A DNA stretch of 64,000 nucleotides from an uncultured Gammaproteobacteria bacterium (GCA_947259485.1 CAMYLU010000001.1:38897-102896), one strand, 5' to 3'. Positions 21,272-32,901 are shown, counted from the stretch's first letter. The notes: a model not told the origin generated them from the sequence alone. Numbers and translations: made by a program.

Positions 21272-21727
21272 TCAACGCCAGGGATTTTGATTCCAGGCGA
21301 GCCAGTAATGCCCGAGATTGTCTATTAAAGACTCAAACTCGGAGAAATCCATCGGCTTAACAATATAACTATTGGCGTGGTACTTGTAAGACTTTGCGAT
21401 ATCTGTTTCCGCCGCCGATGTCGTCAGAATGACGACCGGCGTCTTGCGGGTATTCTCGTCGGATTTTATACGACGCAACACCTCGAGGCCGTCAATCTTG
21501 GGTAATCGAAGATCGAGTAAAACGCAGTGCGGTCTGGGGAACTTTTCCACGTCGCCGTATTCGCCTTCGCGAAAGATATAATCAAGCGCCTTCTGACCAT
21601 CATCGACATGGAAAATCTGGCTCGAAAGCTTGTGCTGAGCGAAGCTGCGCTTGACCATTTCAGCATGCGCATCGTTATCTTCAACCAGCAACAGGTTCAA
21701 CGGTTCAACAGCAGTTTCAGGGGTCAT
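21272..21727 (-). CDS. Single-domain response regulator (Rcp1-like)
   Basis: LLVEDN, LLDLRLPKIDG, ILTTS, ANSYIVKP. Confidence 0.93.
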   Translation of the reverse strand: MTPETAVEPLNLLLVEDNDAHAEMVKRSFAQHKLSSQIFHVDDGQKALDYIFREGEYGDVEKFPRPHCVLLDLRLPKIDGLEVLRRIKSDENTRKTPVVILTTSAAETDIAKSYKYHANSYIVKPMDFSEFESLIDNLGHYWLAWNQNPWR

Positions 21728-21730
21728 ATT

Positions 21731-21855
21731 TCAAGTCACTTCGTGGACCTGTAGCGTAAAACAAACCAATGGTCCTGTCCATCACCCAGAGATCAAATCA
21801 GGATATCTCAATCGCGTATATCAATAATCTCAAATAGCAGGGCAAGACTGACCCC
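21731..21855 (-). pseudogene. Remnant of histidine kinase HATPase C-terminus
   Basis: Translates GVSLALLFEIIDIRD*DILI*SLGDGQ / (frameshift) GPLVCFTLQ, matching the GxGLAL..I.D.HGG.I..ES..GxGxxFxFTL pattern; directly upstream of the Rcp1-like regulator. Confidence 0.6.
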
Positions 21856-21904
21856 AAATAACAGGATCTGCCATTCCTGACATCATGTTTAAGCCAGGAC
21901 TGGT

Positions 21905-23437
21905 TCAATTCTTTTTCGGATTAAACGCCTTCGGTCTCGGGTAACGCGAGGTAATATCAAATTTGGTCAGGTCCATATGGCTGCGCGTATATTCCCCGGA
22001 TGCATCGCGCATCGGATCGAAATCCCAGCCCTGGTAACGACCGATGCGCAGCGCCGTATGCACCGACCGCCGACGCTGCTGGTCGTTAATTACCGTTTCA
22101 CACAGCGTTTCGGAATCCCAGTAGTCGGCGGCTTCCCGGCGAAACTTTTCGAGCTGTTCGTGATCGGTTAAATTTTCGAGCTCGTGTGGATCCTTATCAA
22201 GATCGAAAAGTTGTTCGGGGTCGGTGCTACAAGAAATATACTTGTACGGCCCACGTCGAATCATCAGCATCGGCGCGCCGGTGCCCTCGGCGAGGTACTC
22301 ACTGACGCAGGCATCGGGATCATTGCTGGCATCACCATCGCAAAGCGGCACTAGCGAGCGCCCATGAAGCGGATCGATCGGTGATGGGCGATCAACCCCC
22401 GTGGCCTCTGCAGCGACATCAACCAGCGTCGGTAAAACATCGACCTGCGCCACCGGCGCTGCCACGCGCCGTGCAGCGAAGCGCCCTGGCTGGTGCACGA
22501 CCATCGGAATGCGATTCGACCATTCGCGGAAACTCATCTTGTACCACAACCCGAATTCGCCGAGCATATCGCCGTGGTCGGCGGTGAAAATGATCGTGGT
22601 GTTATCAGCCATGCCGCATTCGTCGAGCGTTGCTCGCAGGCGTCCAAGCCATTCGTCTACGTAACTGACGTTGCCGTAATAGGCGCGGCGCGCGTTGATA
22701 ATGTCCTGCTCACCGATATCGACCGCATCCAGCGCAATCGCTTTTTCAAGGCGCGCGTTATGCGCATCCTGGGTCGCCGGGCGCGGCACGGATGGCGGCG
22801 GGATATCAACCCCTTCATACAAGTCCCAGTATTGCTGCCGCGTGGCGTAGGGATCGTGAGGATGAATAAAGCTCGCCACCAGGCACAGCGGGCGTTCATC
22901 TTCACTGCGTGCATGATCGTACAGCACCCGTTGGGCCTGCGTGCCGACTTCGTCGTCGTAAGCAAGCTGGTTGGTGATCGCCGCGACTCCGGCCTGTTTG
23001 ACGCTCGACATGTTGTGATACCAGAGATCGATACGCTCGTCGGGCCTGGTCCAGTCAGGGATCCAGCCAAAATCGGACGGGTAGATATCGGTCGTGACCC
23101 GATCTTCGAAACCGTGCAGTTGATCTGGCCCGACAAAGTGCATCTTGCCGGAGAGGCAGGTGCGGTAACCCATCAGGCGCAGGTAGTGCGCAAAGGTTGG
23201 CATGGTTGCAGGCATGTAGGATGCGTTGTCATAACCGCCACAGGCAGAAACATTCTGCCCGGTCATAAAGGCGTAACGTGCCGGTGTACACAACGGGCTG
23301 GAACTATAAGCAGCATCGAAAATAACGCCTTCCCCGGCGAGGCGGTCGATGTGCGGACTTTTCACAACGGCGTTCTGGTAGCAGCCAAGGGCAAGTGCAC
23401 CGAGCTGGTCCGCCATGACTACGAGGATGTTCTGCAT
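21905..23437 (-). CDS. betC: Choline sulfatase
   Basis: CTPAR formylglycine motif, GKMHFVGPDQLHGFE, WYHNMSSV. Confidence 0.88.
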   Translation of the reverse strand: MQNILVVMADQLGALALGCYQNAVVKSPHIDRLAGEGVIFDAAYSSSPLCTPARYAFMTGQNVSACGGYDNASYMPATMPTFAHYLRLMGYRTCLSGKMHFVGPDQLHGFEDRVTTDIYPSDFGWIPDWTRPDERIDLWYHNMSSVKQAGVAAITNQLAYDDEVGTQAQRVLYDHARSEDERPLCLVASFIHPHDPYATRQQYWDLYEGVDIPPPSVPRPATQDAHNARLEKAIALDAVDIGEQDIINARRAYYGNVSYVDEWLGRLRATLDECGMADNTTIIFTADHGDMLGEFGLWYKMSFREWSNRIPMVVHQPGRFAARRVAAPVAQVDVLPTLVDVAAEATGVDRPSPIDPLHGRSLVPLCDGDASNDPDACVSEYLAEGTGAPMLMIRRGPYKYISCSTDPEQLFDLDKDPHELENLTDHEQLEKFRREAADYWDSETLCETVINDQQRRRSVHTALRIGRYQGWDFDPMRDASGEYTRSHMDLTKFDITSRYPRPKAFNPKKN

Positions 23438-23460
23438 GTCCGTTACCCCTGGTTTAATAG

Positions 23461-23820
23461 CTACAACAGGTTTGCACCATCGAACACGGTAACTTCCATG
23501 CCACTGGTATCAATATCATCTATACAGCCGAGGTTAACCCTGCAATGGCCGGGGATGCGCAGCATTTCATTGTGGGTATAAATACCGCACTGCTTGCAAA
23601 AGTAATGCCTGGCTACCTTGCTATCGAACTGGTAAAGACCGACATCATCCGGGTCTGCGTCAATCTTGAGCGCTTCCACCGGTATCGCCTCGGTGCTCAT
23701 CAGCGCGCCCTTGCGACGACAAATCGAGCAGGTGCAGCGCAGTGCCTGCGTGATCTCTTCACCTTCGTATGAAAATTTAATTGCGCCGCAATGGCAACTA
23801 CCCTGGTATTGATGCGTCAT
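23461..23820 (-). CDS. GFA/CENP-V family protein
   Basis: GSCHCG, CTCSICRR, FCKQCG. Confidence 0.9.
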   Translation of the reverse strand: MTHQYQGSCHCGAIKFSYEGEEITQALRCTCSICRRKGALMSTEAIPVEALKIDADPDDVGLYQFDSKVARHYFCKQCGIYTHNEMLRIPGHCRVNLGCIDDIDTSGMEVTVFDGANLL

Positions 23821-23843
23821 GGCTACTCCGCTTGACTATGACC

Positions 23844-24617
23844 CTATTTTACCGCGCTAAACAGGAATCGGTTTACACAAAAAAAGTACTCGTCCTTTTG
23901 AACAAGTCGTTCGATACCATTGAGCCAGGCCTCGGATTCCGCCTCCGAAATTGCATCCAGCTTGCGTGCGGTAGTGGCAAAATTCTGCAGCATGTTGGCC
24001 GAAAAGCTGTTCTTCGAGTAACTCGCGTTCAACACCGGAATCGCTTCCACGCGCAGCGCGCTGAAACCGATTTGGCTGAGAACCGGGCGCAGCCGGCGCG
24101 GCAGGTTTGGATTGACTACAGCGCGGCCCCAGGCATCAAGAATCTTGCGTGTCACAACCTGGTCCTCGCTATTGATGATGGCTCCGCTCCAGTCAGTTTC
24201 GACAATGGCGATGCGGCCGCGAGGCTTTAACAGGCGATAAAACTCTTTTAAGGCCTGATCCATATCCTCTACATAAAGCAATGTCTGGGTACAGCTTAAC
24301 GCATCGAAACTGGCGTCCTCGAACGGCATGGTTTCAACGCTGCCCTGCTGCAGGTTAACCTGCTCAAACCCGCCACAGCGTGCACGCGCATGGGCAAGCA
24401 TGTCCTCGCTGAAATCGACCCCCTCGGCCCGGCCATCGGAACCGATGGCAAGCGCCTCAAGTTCCAGCAAGAGCCCGGTACCGCAGCCCGCGTCGAGCAC
24501 GGATTCACCACTGGAAAGTGCGAGTGCGGCGAGCGTACGCAGGCGCTGATTTACGATTTCGGGGGTCTGGTAACTGCGCTCGATAAGCTCGGCGGCTTTT
24601 TTATCGTAGGTTTCCAT
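23844..24617 (-). CDS. Class I SAM-dependent methyltransferase
   Basis: VLDAGCGTG, LKPRG. Confidence 0.9.
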   Translation of the reverse strand: METYDKKAAELIERSYQTPEIVNQRLRTLAALALSSGESVLDAGCGTGLLLELEALAIGSDGRAEGVDFSEDMLAHARARCGGFEQVNLQQGSVETMPFEDASFDALSCTQTLLYVEDMDQALKEFYRLLKPRGRIAIVETDWSGAIINSEDQVVTRKILDAWGRAVVNPNLPRRLRPVLSQIGFSALRVEAIPVLNASYSKNSFSANMLQNFATTARKLDAISEAESEAWLNGIERLVQKDEYFFCVNRFLFSAVK

Positions 24618-24634
24618 ATCGCCTCAAAACCATG

Positions 24635-25829
24635 TCAGTCTTTTGTTTCGAGGCTAAGCTTGAGTCCCTGCTGGTAATAGCTTGCAGCCTTGAGCGGCTG
24701 CTGCAATTGATGTTCGAACAATTCGGCAAGTGCGAGACAGGCGGCCGGTGTTGCCCTGGCGCCGATACTGGCTTCAAGGTAGCCCTGGGCCTTGCCCCAC
24801 AGGCGTGCGCGCACCGCTATCCGCCCCAGGGCCAGTAACAGGTTTTCGTTGTGACCGAATTCATCGAGCCATTTCTCGACACGCGCCAGTTGCACATTCG
24901 CGTCCTTTGCCTCGAATCGTCCATAACACTCGATCAGGCCATCATCCCATTGATTATCAAGCGCTTTGAGTAAGAGCTGTTCGGCCTTACTGCTGTACCA
25001 ACCCTGTCGCGCCATCCGGTCGAGATAGTAACGCATCATGACGGCATCGGATTGCAAGGCTTTTGGGATCTTGCTCCAGGCTTCTTCAAAACCCGCCTGG
25101 TCACCGCTGGCGAGATCTAGAATTCCGCGATAACCGGACTGTTCCATCTTCTTGAGGCGCGATTCCTTGAGCAGTTTCTTGCGCCGCACTTCGGGCAGAA
25201 TCTCGACCAATGCCTGCCAGTCCTTCAGATCAAAGTAAGCACGCGCCAACAGCATGGTCACGTAATCGTGGCGCGGTGCAATGCTGTGCAGGTGCGTCAG
25301 TGTTGCCAGCGCCTGCTCGGTTTGCTGATGCGCAAGCTGGAGTTCGGCCTGCGTGACACCAACCGCGAGCTCGGCATCGGGATTCGCCTCGTGCGCATCT
25401 TTCAGGTATTTGTCTCGGGCATCGTGCTTGCCTTGCAACTGGGCTGCGCGCGCCGCCCCGAGGTAATGCACCAACGGGCTCTCACTGGAATCGACCAGGC
25501 GCATCAAGTGGTGTTCCGCTTTTTCGAAACGCCCCTCGGAAAGATCGATCAGGCCCTGGTTGAGCTGCCGCCGCGCCCTGGCATAACGCCGGTTTTGCGA
25601 CTGGCGTCGCATCGTACGCGGCAGGCGCCAGATGCCGCGCAACAACCTGAGGCCGTAGTAAAGCGCAATAACCAGTACGATCAGTACCACCAGCCCAAAT
25701 GCAAGGGTAGTTTCGACCGTGTAGTCACGATATCGCAATAGCATGAAGCCCGGGTCTTCGCGTACCAGTAATACTGCGCCCAGCGCAAGGATTACCAGGA
25801 TTAACAGACTGACAATAAACTTAACCATT
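24635..25829 (-). CDS. hemY: HemY-like TPR protein
   Basis: Two N-terminal TMs, TPR repeats, follows hemX; start at MVKFIV is approximate. Confidence 0.85.
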
Positions 25830-27170
25830 GTCAGGCTCCGGGGCTTCGCTTGCAGCGGGTTGCGGTGCCGTTTCACGCTGGCTCAGAATACGCAGTAATT
25901 CGCGCAGGGAACCGGTGATATCGGGCTTTTCGGGTTTCAGCTCCATCTTTTGCAGTTCCTGCAACTGGGTCATGAAATCGTTATTGGCGGCGTTATCGAG
26001 ATCGTAGAATTCGCGAAACAGGCGCAGGCTTTGTTCAATCAGTCGCTGATACTGCCGACCATCGCGCTCGAGTACCGCCCAGCGCGCGAGCTTGAGATTA
26101 TCTTCGAGCGTTTCACCGACGTCGGCGAAATTGGCCTCGATCTCGGTCGGCTGGGTCGCCTCGTTGCGGACCTTGACTAACGAGTTGATAAACACGTTAA
26201 AGCGATCAAACCAGTCCTGTGAGGTTTCGACTTCCTGTGGCTCCGAGGCGACTTCATCCACGCGCAGCGCGAAGCCGGGTTCGAGCACCCTTACCTGGCG
26301 GCGCAGCTGTGCCAGGATTAGGGTCATGCCCACCAGGTCGGCACGCTTGCGTGTTTTCAGGTCGGCAATTTCCTCGCTGATCATGACCCGTACCGGCAAC
26401 AGCCCGGGGTCACCAGTGAGTGCGATTCGGTCGCTCGACGCCTGCAACGTAATCGCGGCACCCTCAAAATCGTCCTGCAGGATCAGTTTGTGCTGCGCGA
26501 CGCGCATCAGGTATTCGACTTCGGCTAGTTGCCAGTCGTTCTTGTCACGCCCATAGAGCTCATAGAGTTTCTCGGTTGACTCCCGCAGGCCCTGTTGCTC
26601 GACCCCGAGTTCGTCGATCTTTCTGCCGAGATTGCCGATATCGCCTTTTAGGGGCGACAGGCTGGAGTCGAGGCGGGCATTGTTCGCCTTGCTTTCCAGC
26701 TGTTGTCGCAACTCGCCAATCGTCGCCTGGTAATCACCGGCGACCTGTTGCTGTTGCCACCAGTAGTAACCCGCCGCACCGGCCAGTAATAGAATTAGCA
26801 GGAAATTGAATAAGCCGAACCAGGAGCGGCGCGGTTTCGGCGGCGCCGGTTGATCGGACTCCGCTTGCGCTTGGTTTTCGGTCTCGCCGACCCCTTCGCC
26901 CTCGACTACCAGCGGGGTTTCGGCCTCGCCGGACTCATCGCTCTCGGCCACAGTCGAGGATTTAGCCTCGCTGGACCCCTCGTCCTCGAGTGCCGGTGAA
27001 GTTTCGTCTTCACCGGATACCTCGATCTCGAGCGCTGGCGAGGTTTCGTCTTCGCCGGAGGCCTCGACCTCGAGCTCAACTTCGGAATCGGCTACCTGCA
27101 TTGAGTCCGGGCTAGCGGCCTTTCCCTCAGGGCCTTTTTTCTTGTCACTCGATGAATCGTCTTTACTCAT
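25821..27170 (-). CDS. hemX: HemX protein with acidic repetitive N-terminus
   Basis: WQLAEVEYL motif, TM plus coiled coil, hemD-hemX-hemY order. Confidence 0.85.
   Translation of the reverse strand: MSKDDSSSDKKKGPEGKAASPDSMQVADSEVELEVEASGEDETSPALEIEVSGEDETSPALEDEGSSEAKSSTVAESDESGEAETPLVVEGEGVGETENQAQAESDQPAPPKPRRSWFGLFNFLLILLLAGAAGYYWWQQQQVAGDYQATIGELRQQLESKANNARLDSSLSPLKGDIGNLGRKIDELGVEQQGLRESTEKLYELYGRDKNDWQLAEVEYLMRVAQHKLILQDDFEGAAITLQASSDRIALTGDPGLLPVRVMISEEIADLKTRKRADLVGMTLILAQLRRQVRVLEPGFALRVDEVASEPQEVETSQDWFDRFNVFINSLVKVRNEATQPTEIEANFADVGETLEDNLKLARWAVLERDGRQYQRLIEQSLRLFREFYDLDNAANNDFMTQLQELQKMELKPEKPDITGSLRELLRILSQRETAPQPAASEAPEPDNG
26985..27068 (-). repeat. 42-bp (14-aa) tandem repeat in hemX N-terminus
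   Basis: xExSGEDETSPALE twice, with degenerate copies following. Confidence 0.8.
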
Positions 27171-27188
27171 ATCTTATTAGTGTCGAGG

Positions 27189-27968
27189 TTAGCGCTGATC
27201 CGCCCATTCGCATATCGTCTGCTGGATTCCTTCGTCGCTTGCACTTTGCGCGATAACGATGGGTGCATTATGTCCCAGTTTCAGCGCTGATTCACGCATT
27301 CTTTCGCTAATCAAAAGCCACGGGATCTGGCGTAATCGTTCAGCGGCTGCAGCATCTACCAGCTCGAACAGATTATGCATACCCTCGTTACTGGTCAATA
27401 CCGCGAGCGTTGGAAACCCGTCATCAACGAGATGATTGAAGGCAGACAGATCACCGCGGGGCAGCTCGCGCCGGTATACCTCGCAATAGTCGACCTCCGC
27501 GCCGCGTGCGGCCAGTTCATCACCGAGCAGGTTGCGGCCCTGCTGACCACGAAAAATCATGATGCGTTTACCCGCGACCAGCTGCAAGGCTTCGGCCTCG
27601 AGCAGGGCTTCACTGTTATAGGGTTCACCCGCGACCAGGCAGTGGTCCAGGTTCTCGATCCGCTCGGCGAGTGCTTGCCGGGTCGCTCCACCGATTACGC
27701 CAAAGGTGGTACCGGTTGCAAGCCGCGCCATATCGATTAATTGAAACGCACCTTCAACCGCATTGCGACTGACAAATAACAGCACATCGTATAGCCCGAT
27801 ATCCCGGGCCAGTCTTTGCCGCAAGGCGTCGTTTCCGGTCAGCTCGATTTCGATTACCGGAAATGACAGAACCCGGGCGCCATCCCGCTCGAGCAACGCG
27901 GTAAGCTCGACCTGCTGGTGCCGAGGCCTGGTATTCAGAATCACCTGGCCCTTAAGAACCGACGGCAC
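27189..27968 (-). CDS. hemD: Uroporphyrinogen-III synthase
   Basis: LNTRP, FVSRNAV, SEALL, EVYRR. Confidence 0.92.
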   Translation of the reverse strand: MPSVLKGQVILNTRPRHQQVELTALLERDGARVLSFPVIEIELTGNDALRQRLARDIGLYDVLLFVSRNAVEGAFQLIDMARLATGTTFGVIGGATRQALAERIENLDHCLVAGEPYNSEALLEAEALQLVAGKRIMIFRGQQGRNLLGDELAARGAEVDYCEVYRRELPRGDLSAFNHLVDDGFPTLAVLTSNEGMHNLFELVDAAAAERLRQIPWLLISERMRESALKLGHNAPIVIAQSASDEGIQQTICEWADQR

Positions 27969-27970
27969 GC

Positions 27971-28903
27971 CTAATCCCGCAGCCTGGCGAGGATACGATC
28001 GGCGCCCTGTGCCAGCAGTTGATGCGCCAATTGCACCCCGAGATCGTGGGCTTCCGAGCTGTTGCCGCGGATTTCAGCACGCAGAATCTGACTGCCGTCG
28101 GGTTCACCCACGAGGCCCCGCAGGTAAATCTGGTCTCGTTCAAGCACTGCGTAACCCGCAATCGGCACCTGGCAGCCACCGCTCAGGGTTTCATTCAAGG
28201 CACGCTCGGCGGCAATCCTGAGCGTGGTTTCGGCATGCGCGAGTGGTTCGATCAATTCGCGCAATTGTTCATCGTCGCTGCGGATTTCGATACCGAGTAC
28301 ACCCTGGCCGATCGCAGGCAGACAATCCTCGGGCGCGATCGCGGCCTTGATGCGTTCGGCAAATCCCAGGCGCTGCAATCCCGCTGCGGCAAGGATTATG
28401 GCATCGTACTCACCCGCATCGAGCTTGGCGAGGCGGGTATTGACGTTGCCACGCAACCAGTCGACACGCAAATCAGGGTAGCGTTCGCGGATTTGGGTCT
28501 GGCGGCGCAGACTGGAGGTACCAACCAGTGAACCGGGCGGCATCGCGGAGAGATCTTTATGATGGTTCGAGACGAATGCATCACGCGGATCTTCGCGTTC
28601 CATGACCAGCGCAAGCTCAAGCCCATCTGGAAAATCTACCGGTACATCCTTGAGTGAATGCACGGCAAGATCGGCACGACCGTCGAGCAAGCCAAGTTCG
28701 AGCTCCTTGACGAACAGGCCCTTGCCGCCAACCTTGGCGAGCGGTGCATCGAGCATTTTGTCGCCGCGTGTTTTCATCGTCACCAGCGCAACCTTGATTT
28801 GTGGATGCAAGGTCTCGAGACGCGTCGCAACATGCTCGGCCTGCCACAGCGCCAAAGGGCTGCTGCGGGTAGCGATGCGCAGTTCTGCTCTGGGTTTGGC
28901 CAT
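27971..28903 (-). CDS. hemC: Porphobilinogen deaminase
   Basis: [35 protein letters not shown]. Confidence 0.97.
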   Translation of the reverse strand: MAKPRAELRIATRSSPLALWQAEHVATRLETLHPQIKVALVTMKTRGDKMLDAPLAKVGGKGLFVKELELGLLDGRADLAVHSLKDVPVDFPDGLELALVMEREDPRDAFVSNHHKDLSAMPPGSLVGTSSLRRQTQIRERYPDLRVDWLRGNVNTRLAKLDAGEYDAIILAAAGLQRLGFAERIKAAIAPEDCLPAIGQGVLGIEIRSDDEQLRELIEPLAHAETTLRIAAERALNETLSGGCQVPIAGYAVLERDQIYLRGLVGEPDGSQILRAEIRGNSSEAHDLGVQLAHQLLAQGADRILARLRD

Positions 28904-28908
28904 GCCGG

Positions 28909-29640
28909 TTACAGGTTCCTGATGATTTTACGCACGCCCGGCAGGTGGCGGCGGCTGACCTCGAGGGTATCGTCAATATCGCGGAAGGTAACGCGGTGGC
29001 CTTCATCTTCGGACTGCATCCCGGCGAGCCGCGACAAGCTTACCAGTGCATTGCGGTGGATGCGATAGAAGCGATCTCCAAATTCGGACTCGAGACCCTT
29101 GAGCGCATCTTCGATTAATACCTCGCCCTCGGTATGACGCACGGTGACGTATTTCTGTTCGGCATGAAAATAATAGATGTTTTCGATCGGTACCAGCACC
29201 AGGCTGCCGCGCACGCGCGCGCAAATATGCTGGCGCATCTCGAGTTCCGACAGCACGCCATTGCTGCGGCTGGCCTGCGCCCGGGTTGGGCGGATGGTTG
29301 CGTCCAGAGCGGTCTGCAGGCGCTCCTGTTTAACCGGCTTGAGCAGGTAATCAACCGCATGGGTTTCGAATGCTTCGAGTGCATGATCAGAAAACGCGGT
29401 GACGAAAATAACCGCGGGTGGTTCATCCAGCTTGGCGATATGACGCGCGGCCTCGATGCCGTCCATGCCCGGCATCCGTATATCAAGTAACACGATATCC
29501 GGTTCGAGGCTCTGCGCCATTCCGAGCGCTTCCAGTCCGTTAACCGCCTCGCCCACCAGTTCGTGCGAATTGAGTTCGCCCACCATGCGCGACAGACGAT
29601 CTCGTGCAGGTTTTTCATCGTCTACTATCAGTATCTTCAC
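28909..29640 (-). CDS. algR: LytTR response regulator (AlgR-like)
   Basis: REC domain plus LytTR (RIHRN, VSRR); upstream of hemC. Confidence 0.85.
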   Translation of the reverse strand: MKILIVDDEKPARDRLSRMVGELNSHELVGEAVNGLEALGMAQSLEPDIVLLDIRMPGMDGIEAARHIAKLDEPPAVIFVTAFSDHALEAFETHAVDYLLKPVKQERLQTALDATIRPTRAQASRSNGVLSELEMRQHICARVRGSLVLVPIENIYYFHAEQKYVTVRHTEGEVLIEDALKGLESEFGDRFYRIHRNALVSLSRLAGMQSEDEGHRVTFRDIDDTLEVSRRHLPGVRKIIRNL

Positions 29641-30695
29641 GCAGCCTCCGCGCTCGGAATATTTAGTTTTACAGTATAGCGCGTCTCTGTTTCAGATAGC
29701 TCCATTGCAGCCAAACCACTGAACGCCAGGGTGAGGCGCTCCTGGATATTCTCCAGTGCCATACGATTACCCTGGCGTCTTTCCGCCTGTTGCACCGGTA
29801 TCAACGGATTGGAGATTAAAATTTCAATATCGGTATCCGATTCATAAATGTCGATCTCAATGGTCCCACCGCCCGGCTGTGGTTCAACTCCATGGTAAAT
29901 CGCGTTTTCCACCAATGGCTGCAAGGTCAGCGCCGGCAGGTTGAGTTTTGGTTCCGGGGTTGGGACTTTCCAGATCACTTCCAGTCGATCACCGAGGCGC
30001 AAGGCCTCGAGGTCGATATAGCTGCGCGTCAACTCCAACTCCTGCTTGAGGGAAATACTGGATTCGGCCGCGAGGCTGGCCCGAAACAGGTCCGACAGGT
30101 TCTCAATCGCCTGTTCTGCGAGGTCCGGCTGGTCATGGGTAAGACTGGCGATGGTATTCATACTGTTAAACAGGAAATGGGGTCGTATGCGTGCCTGCAG
30201 TGCCTGCAACCGCGCTTGCGCCTGTACCTGCAGGCGCTGCTCAGACTCGTAGTGGAGGTAAAAGTAACGCAGTGCGAGACCGATCAAAATAGCTGCAACC
30301 GACAGGTTGCGAATCAGCGTGTAACCAACGTCCCGCGCGGTCGGCCCAAAGCGCAATATTTCGCCGATGCTTAAACTGCCGAAGCTAACCAACAGTGTCA
30401 TCAACAAGGTTATTGTAAATGCAATGATCGTGGTGCGCAGGTGATCTCCGAGCCAACCCCGGCGCATGAACAGGCACAACACTGCCGCTGTAATCATACC
30501 GACCCACAGCATCGCAACCGAGATCAGCGCGATATGAACGAACAGGCTACCCCCGCCAAAGCTGACCAGGGCGAATACGATTGCGATCAGTTCAACCACC
30601 AGTAACAGGCGCAAAAACGCTTCCCCATCGCAGAAATTGGGCAGGTAAGTCGTGTTTTCGGAGCCGGGTATACTTTTTTCTGTATTATCTGGCAT
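29637..30695 (-). CDS. LytS-family sensor kinase (AlgZ/FimS-like)
   Basis: LPNFC, LQARIRPHFLFN, QPLVENAI; start approximate. Confidence 0.88.
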   Translation of the reverse strand: MPDNTEKSIPGSENTTYLPNFCDGEAFLRLLLVVELIAIVFALVSFGGGSLFVHIALISVAMLWVGMITAAVLCLFMRRGWLGDHLRTTIIAFTITLLMTLLVSFGSLSIGEILRFGPTARDVGYTLIRNLSVAAILIGLALRYFYLHYESEQRLQVQAQARLQALQARIRPHFLFNSMNTIASLTHDQPDLAEQAIENLSDLFRASLAAESSISLKQELELTRSYIDLEALRLGDRLEVIWKVPTPEPKLNLPALTLQPLVENAIYHGVEPQPGGGTIEIDIYESDTDIEILISNPLIPVQQAERRQGNRMALENIQERLTLAFSGLAAMELSETETRYTVKLNIPSAEAA

Positions 30696-30800
30696 AAAGA
30701 GTTGATTTGTTCGTCGTGCGCTGCAAGCATACAACAATATCCATCGAAATGTGCTGTCGTATTACGCACAGTTTTACCGTAGCCAAACGACCTGATACCA

Positions 30801-32189
30801 ATGAGTAAAAATGATACCCGCATGTGGGGCGGGCGTTTCAATCAACCCACCGACGAGTTCGTGCAGGCGTTTACCGCCTCGGTCGGTTTCGACCGAAGGC
30901 TCGCGCATGCCGACATCGAAGGTTCGCGTGCGCATGCAATGATGTTGAAGCACATCGGCGTGCTCAGCTCCGACGAACTCACTGCAATCAAATATGGTCT
31001 GCAGCAGATTCGGGATGAAATCGACGCCGGCAAGTTTGCCTGGTCGGTGGCACTCGAAGACGTGCACATGAACATCGAGGCGCGCCTGACTGAACTGGTC
31101 GGTGATGCCGGTAAGAAACTGCACACCGGGCGCTCGCGCAACGACCAGGTCGCGACTGACATTCGGCTTTACCTGCGCGAACAGATCGGAGCCTGTATGC
31201 ACGCAATACGCGGCTTTCAAAACGGGCTGCTCGACCTCGCCGAACGCGAAGCGCAAACGATTATGCCCGGCTTTACCCATTTACAGGTCGCACAACCCGT
31301 CAGCTTCGGGCACCACATGCTGGCCTGGTTCGAAATGCTCGATCGCGATCACGGCCGACTTACCGATTGCGCTGCGCGCATGAACCAAATGCCGCTTGGC
31401 AGTGCCGCGCTCGCCGGCACCTCGTTTGAACTCGATCGTGAGTACACCGCTGAATTGCTTGGCTTTGACATGCCCAGCCGCAATTCTATCGATGCGGTCA
31501 GCGATCGCGATTTCGCCATCGAATTTTGCGCAGCCGCCTCGATCTGCATGATGCACCTGTCACGCATGGCCGAGGAACTCGTGCTTTGGTCAAGTGCACA
31601 GTTTAATTTTATCCAGCTGCCGGACCGCTATTGCACGGGTTCTTCGATCATGCCGCAAAAGAAAAACCCGGATGTGCCTGAGCTGGTGCGCGGCAAAGCC
31701 GGTCGCGTAAGCGGACACCTGGTGAGCCTGTTGATGCTGATGAAAGCGCAACCGCTGGCGTATAACAGGGATAACCAGGAAGACAAGGAGCCGTTGTTCG
31801 ATACGCTCGACACGCTGATCGATTCGTTGCACGCCTTCGCAGTCATGGTGCCGGCACTCAGCGTTAACCGCGACAGCACCTATCAAGCCGCACAGCAGGG
31901 GTATGCGACGGCGACCGACCTGGCCGACTACCTGGTCAGGAAGAATGTGGCCTTCCGCGACGCCCACGAAGTAGTCGGCAAGGTGGTCGCGTTTGCGATC
32001 GAGCAGGGCAAGGACCTGAGCGCGTGCACGCTCGAGGAATTACAGAAATTCGACTCGCGTATCGAGCAGGATGTGTTTGAAGTGTTGACGCTTGAAGGTT
32101 CGCTTAATGCACGCAACATCACAGGTGGAACCGCTCCGGAACAGGTGCTGTTCGAGGTCAACGCGGGTCGCGAAAGGCTCAAGGACTAA
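30801..32189 (+). CDS. argH: Argininosuccinate lyase
   Basis: [26 protein letters not shown]. Confidence 0.97.
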   Translation: MSKNDTRMWGGRFNQPTDEFVQAFTASVGFDRRLAHADIEGSRAHAMMLKHIGVLSSDELTAIKYGLQQIRDEIDAGKFAWSVALEDVHMNIEARLTELVGDAGKKLHTGRSRNDQVATDIRLYLREQIGACMHAIRGFQNGLLDLAEREAQTIMPGFTHLQVAQPVSFGHHMLAWFEMLDRDHGRLTDCAARMNQMPLGSAALAGTSFELDREYTAELLGFDMPSRNSIDAVSDRDFAIEFCAAASICMMHLSRMAEELVLWSSAQFNFIQLPDRYCTGSSIMPQKKNPDVPELVRGKAGRVSGHLVSLLMLMKAQPLAYNRDNQEDKEPLFDTLDTLIDSLHAFAVMVPALSVNRDSTYQAAQQGYATATDLADYLVRKNVAFRDAHEVVGKVVAFAIEQGKDLSACTLEELQKFDSRIEQDVFEVLTLEGSLNARNITGGTAPEQVLFEVNAGRERLKD

Positions 32190-32232
32190 CGTCAGTGGGA
32201 TACGTCGGACCGCCGCGTGCGCAGGAACGACA

Positions 32233-32901
32233 TCACATCAGTATTTTTTCAAGCCACTCAGCGAGATGGAAGATTTCCTGTTCGGAAACACTGTGCGCCA
32301 TGCCCTTGTATTCATGCCATTCAACCTCGTAGCCGCCATTTTCAAGGACGGCGCGTGTTTCGTAGGCAAGGGCCACCGGCACCACCGGGTCGGCCGAACC
32401 ATGCGCCAGCAAAATCGGAATGCCGTCGTTGGTGGCGGACTTTTCCTTTTGCAGTGATTCTGCGAGTGGCAGAAAAGTAGACAGGGCGATAATACCGGCG
32501 AGTTTTTTGCCGTGACGCAGACCGGCGTGCAACACGATGGCGCCACCTTGCGAGAAACCCGCAAGCACGATGCGCCCGGGCGCGATGCCACTGGCGATTT
32601 CAGTATCCACAAGCTCACTAACCATTTTAGCCGAGGCGCGGATACCTTTTTCATCGGCCTCGGCGCTGATATCCGCGGTGCGAATATCAAACCAGGCGCG
32701 CATCACGAAACCCTGGTTGATGGTGACCGGCATCATAGGAGCGTGTGGAAAAATGAAACGAATGTTAAGGCCGGGATCAAGGCGCAGTTCGGGCACGATG
32801 GGCTCAAAATCGTGCCCGTCGGCGCCGAGGCCATGCAACCAGATCACGCTAGTATCGGGCGCATGCACGCCGGTTTCTATTACCAGGGGCTTATCAGCCA
32901 T
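32233..32901 (-). CDS. Carboxylesterase/phospholipase (alpha/beta hydrolase)
   Basis: LHGLGADG, GFSQGG, HGSAD, MAHSV. Confidence 0.92.
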   Translation of the reverse strand: MADKPLVIETGVHAPDTSVIWLHGLGADGHDFEPIVPELRLDPGLNIRFIFPHAPMMPVTINQGFVMRAWFDIRTADISAEADEKGIRASAKMVSELVDTEIASGIAPGRIVLAGFSQGGAIVLHAGLRHGKKLAGIIALSTFLPLAESLQKEKSATNDGIPILLAHGSADPVVPVALAYETRAVLENGGYEVEWHEYKGMAHSVSEQEIFHLAEWLEKILM

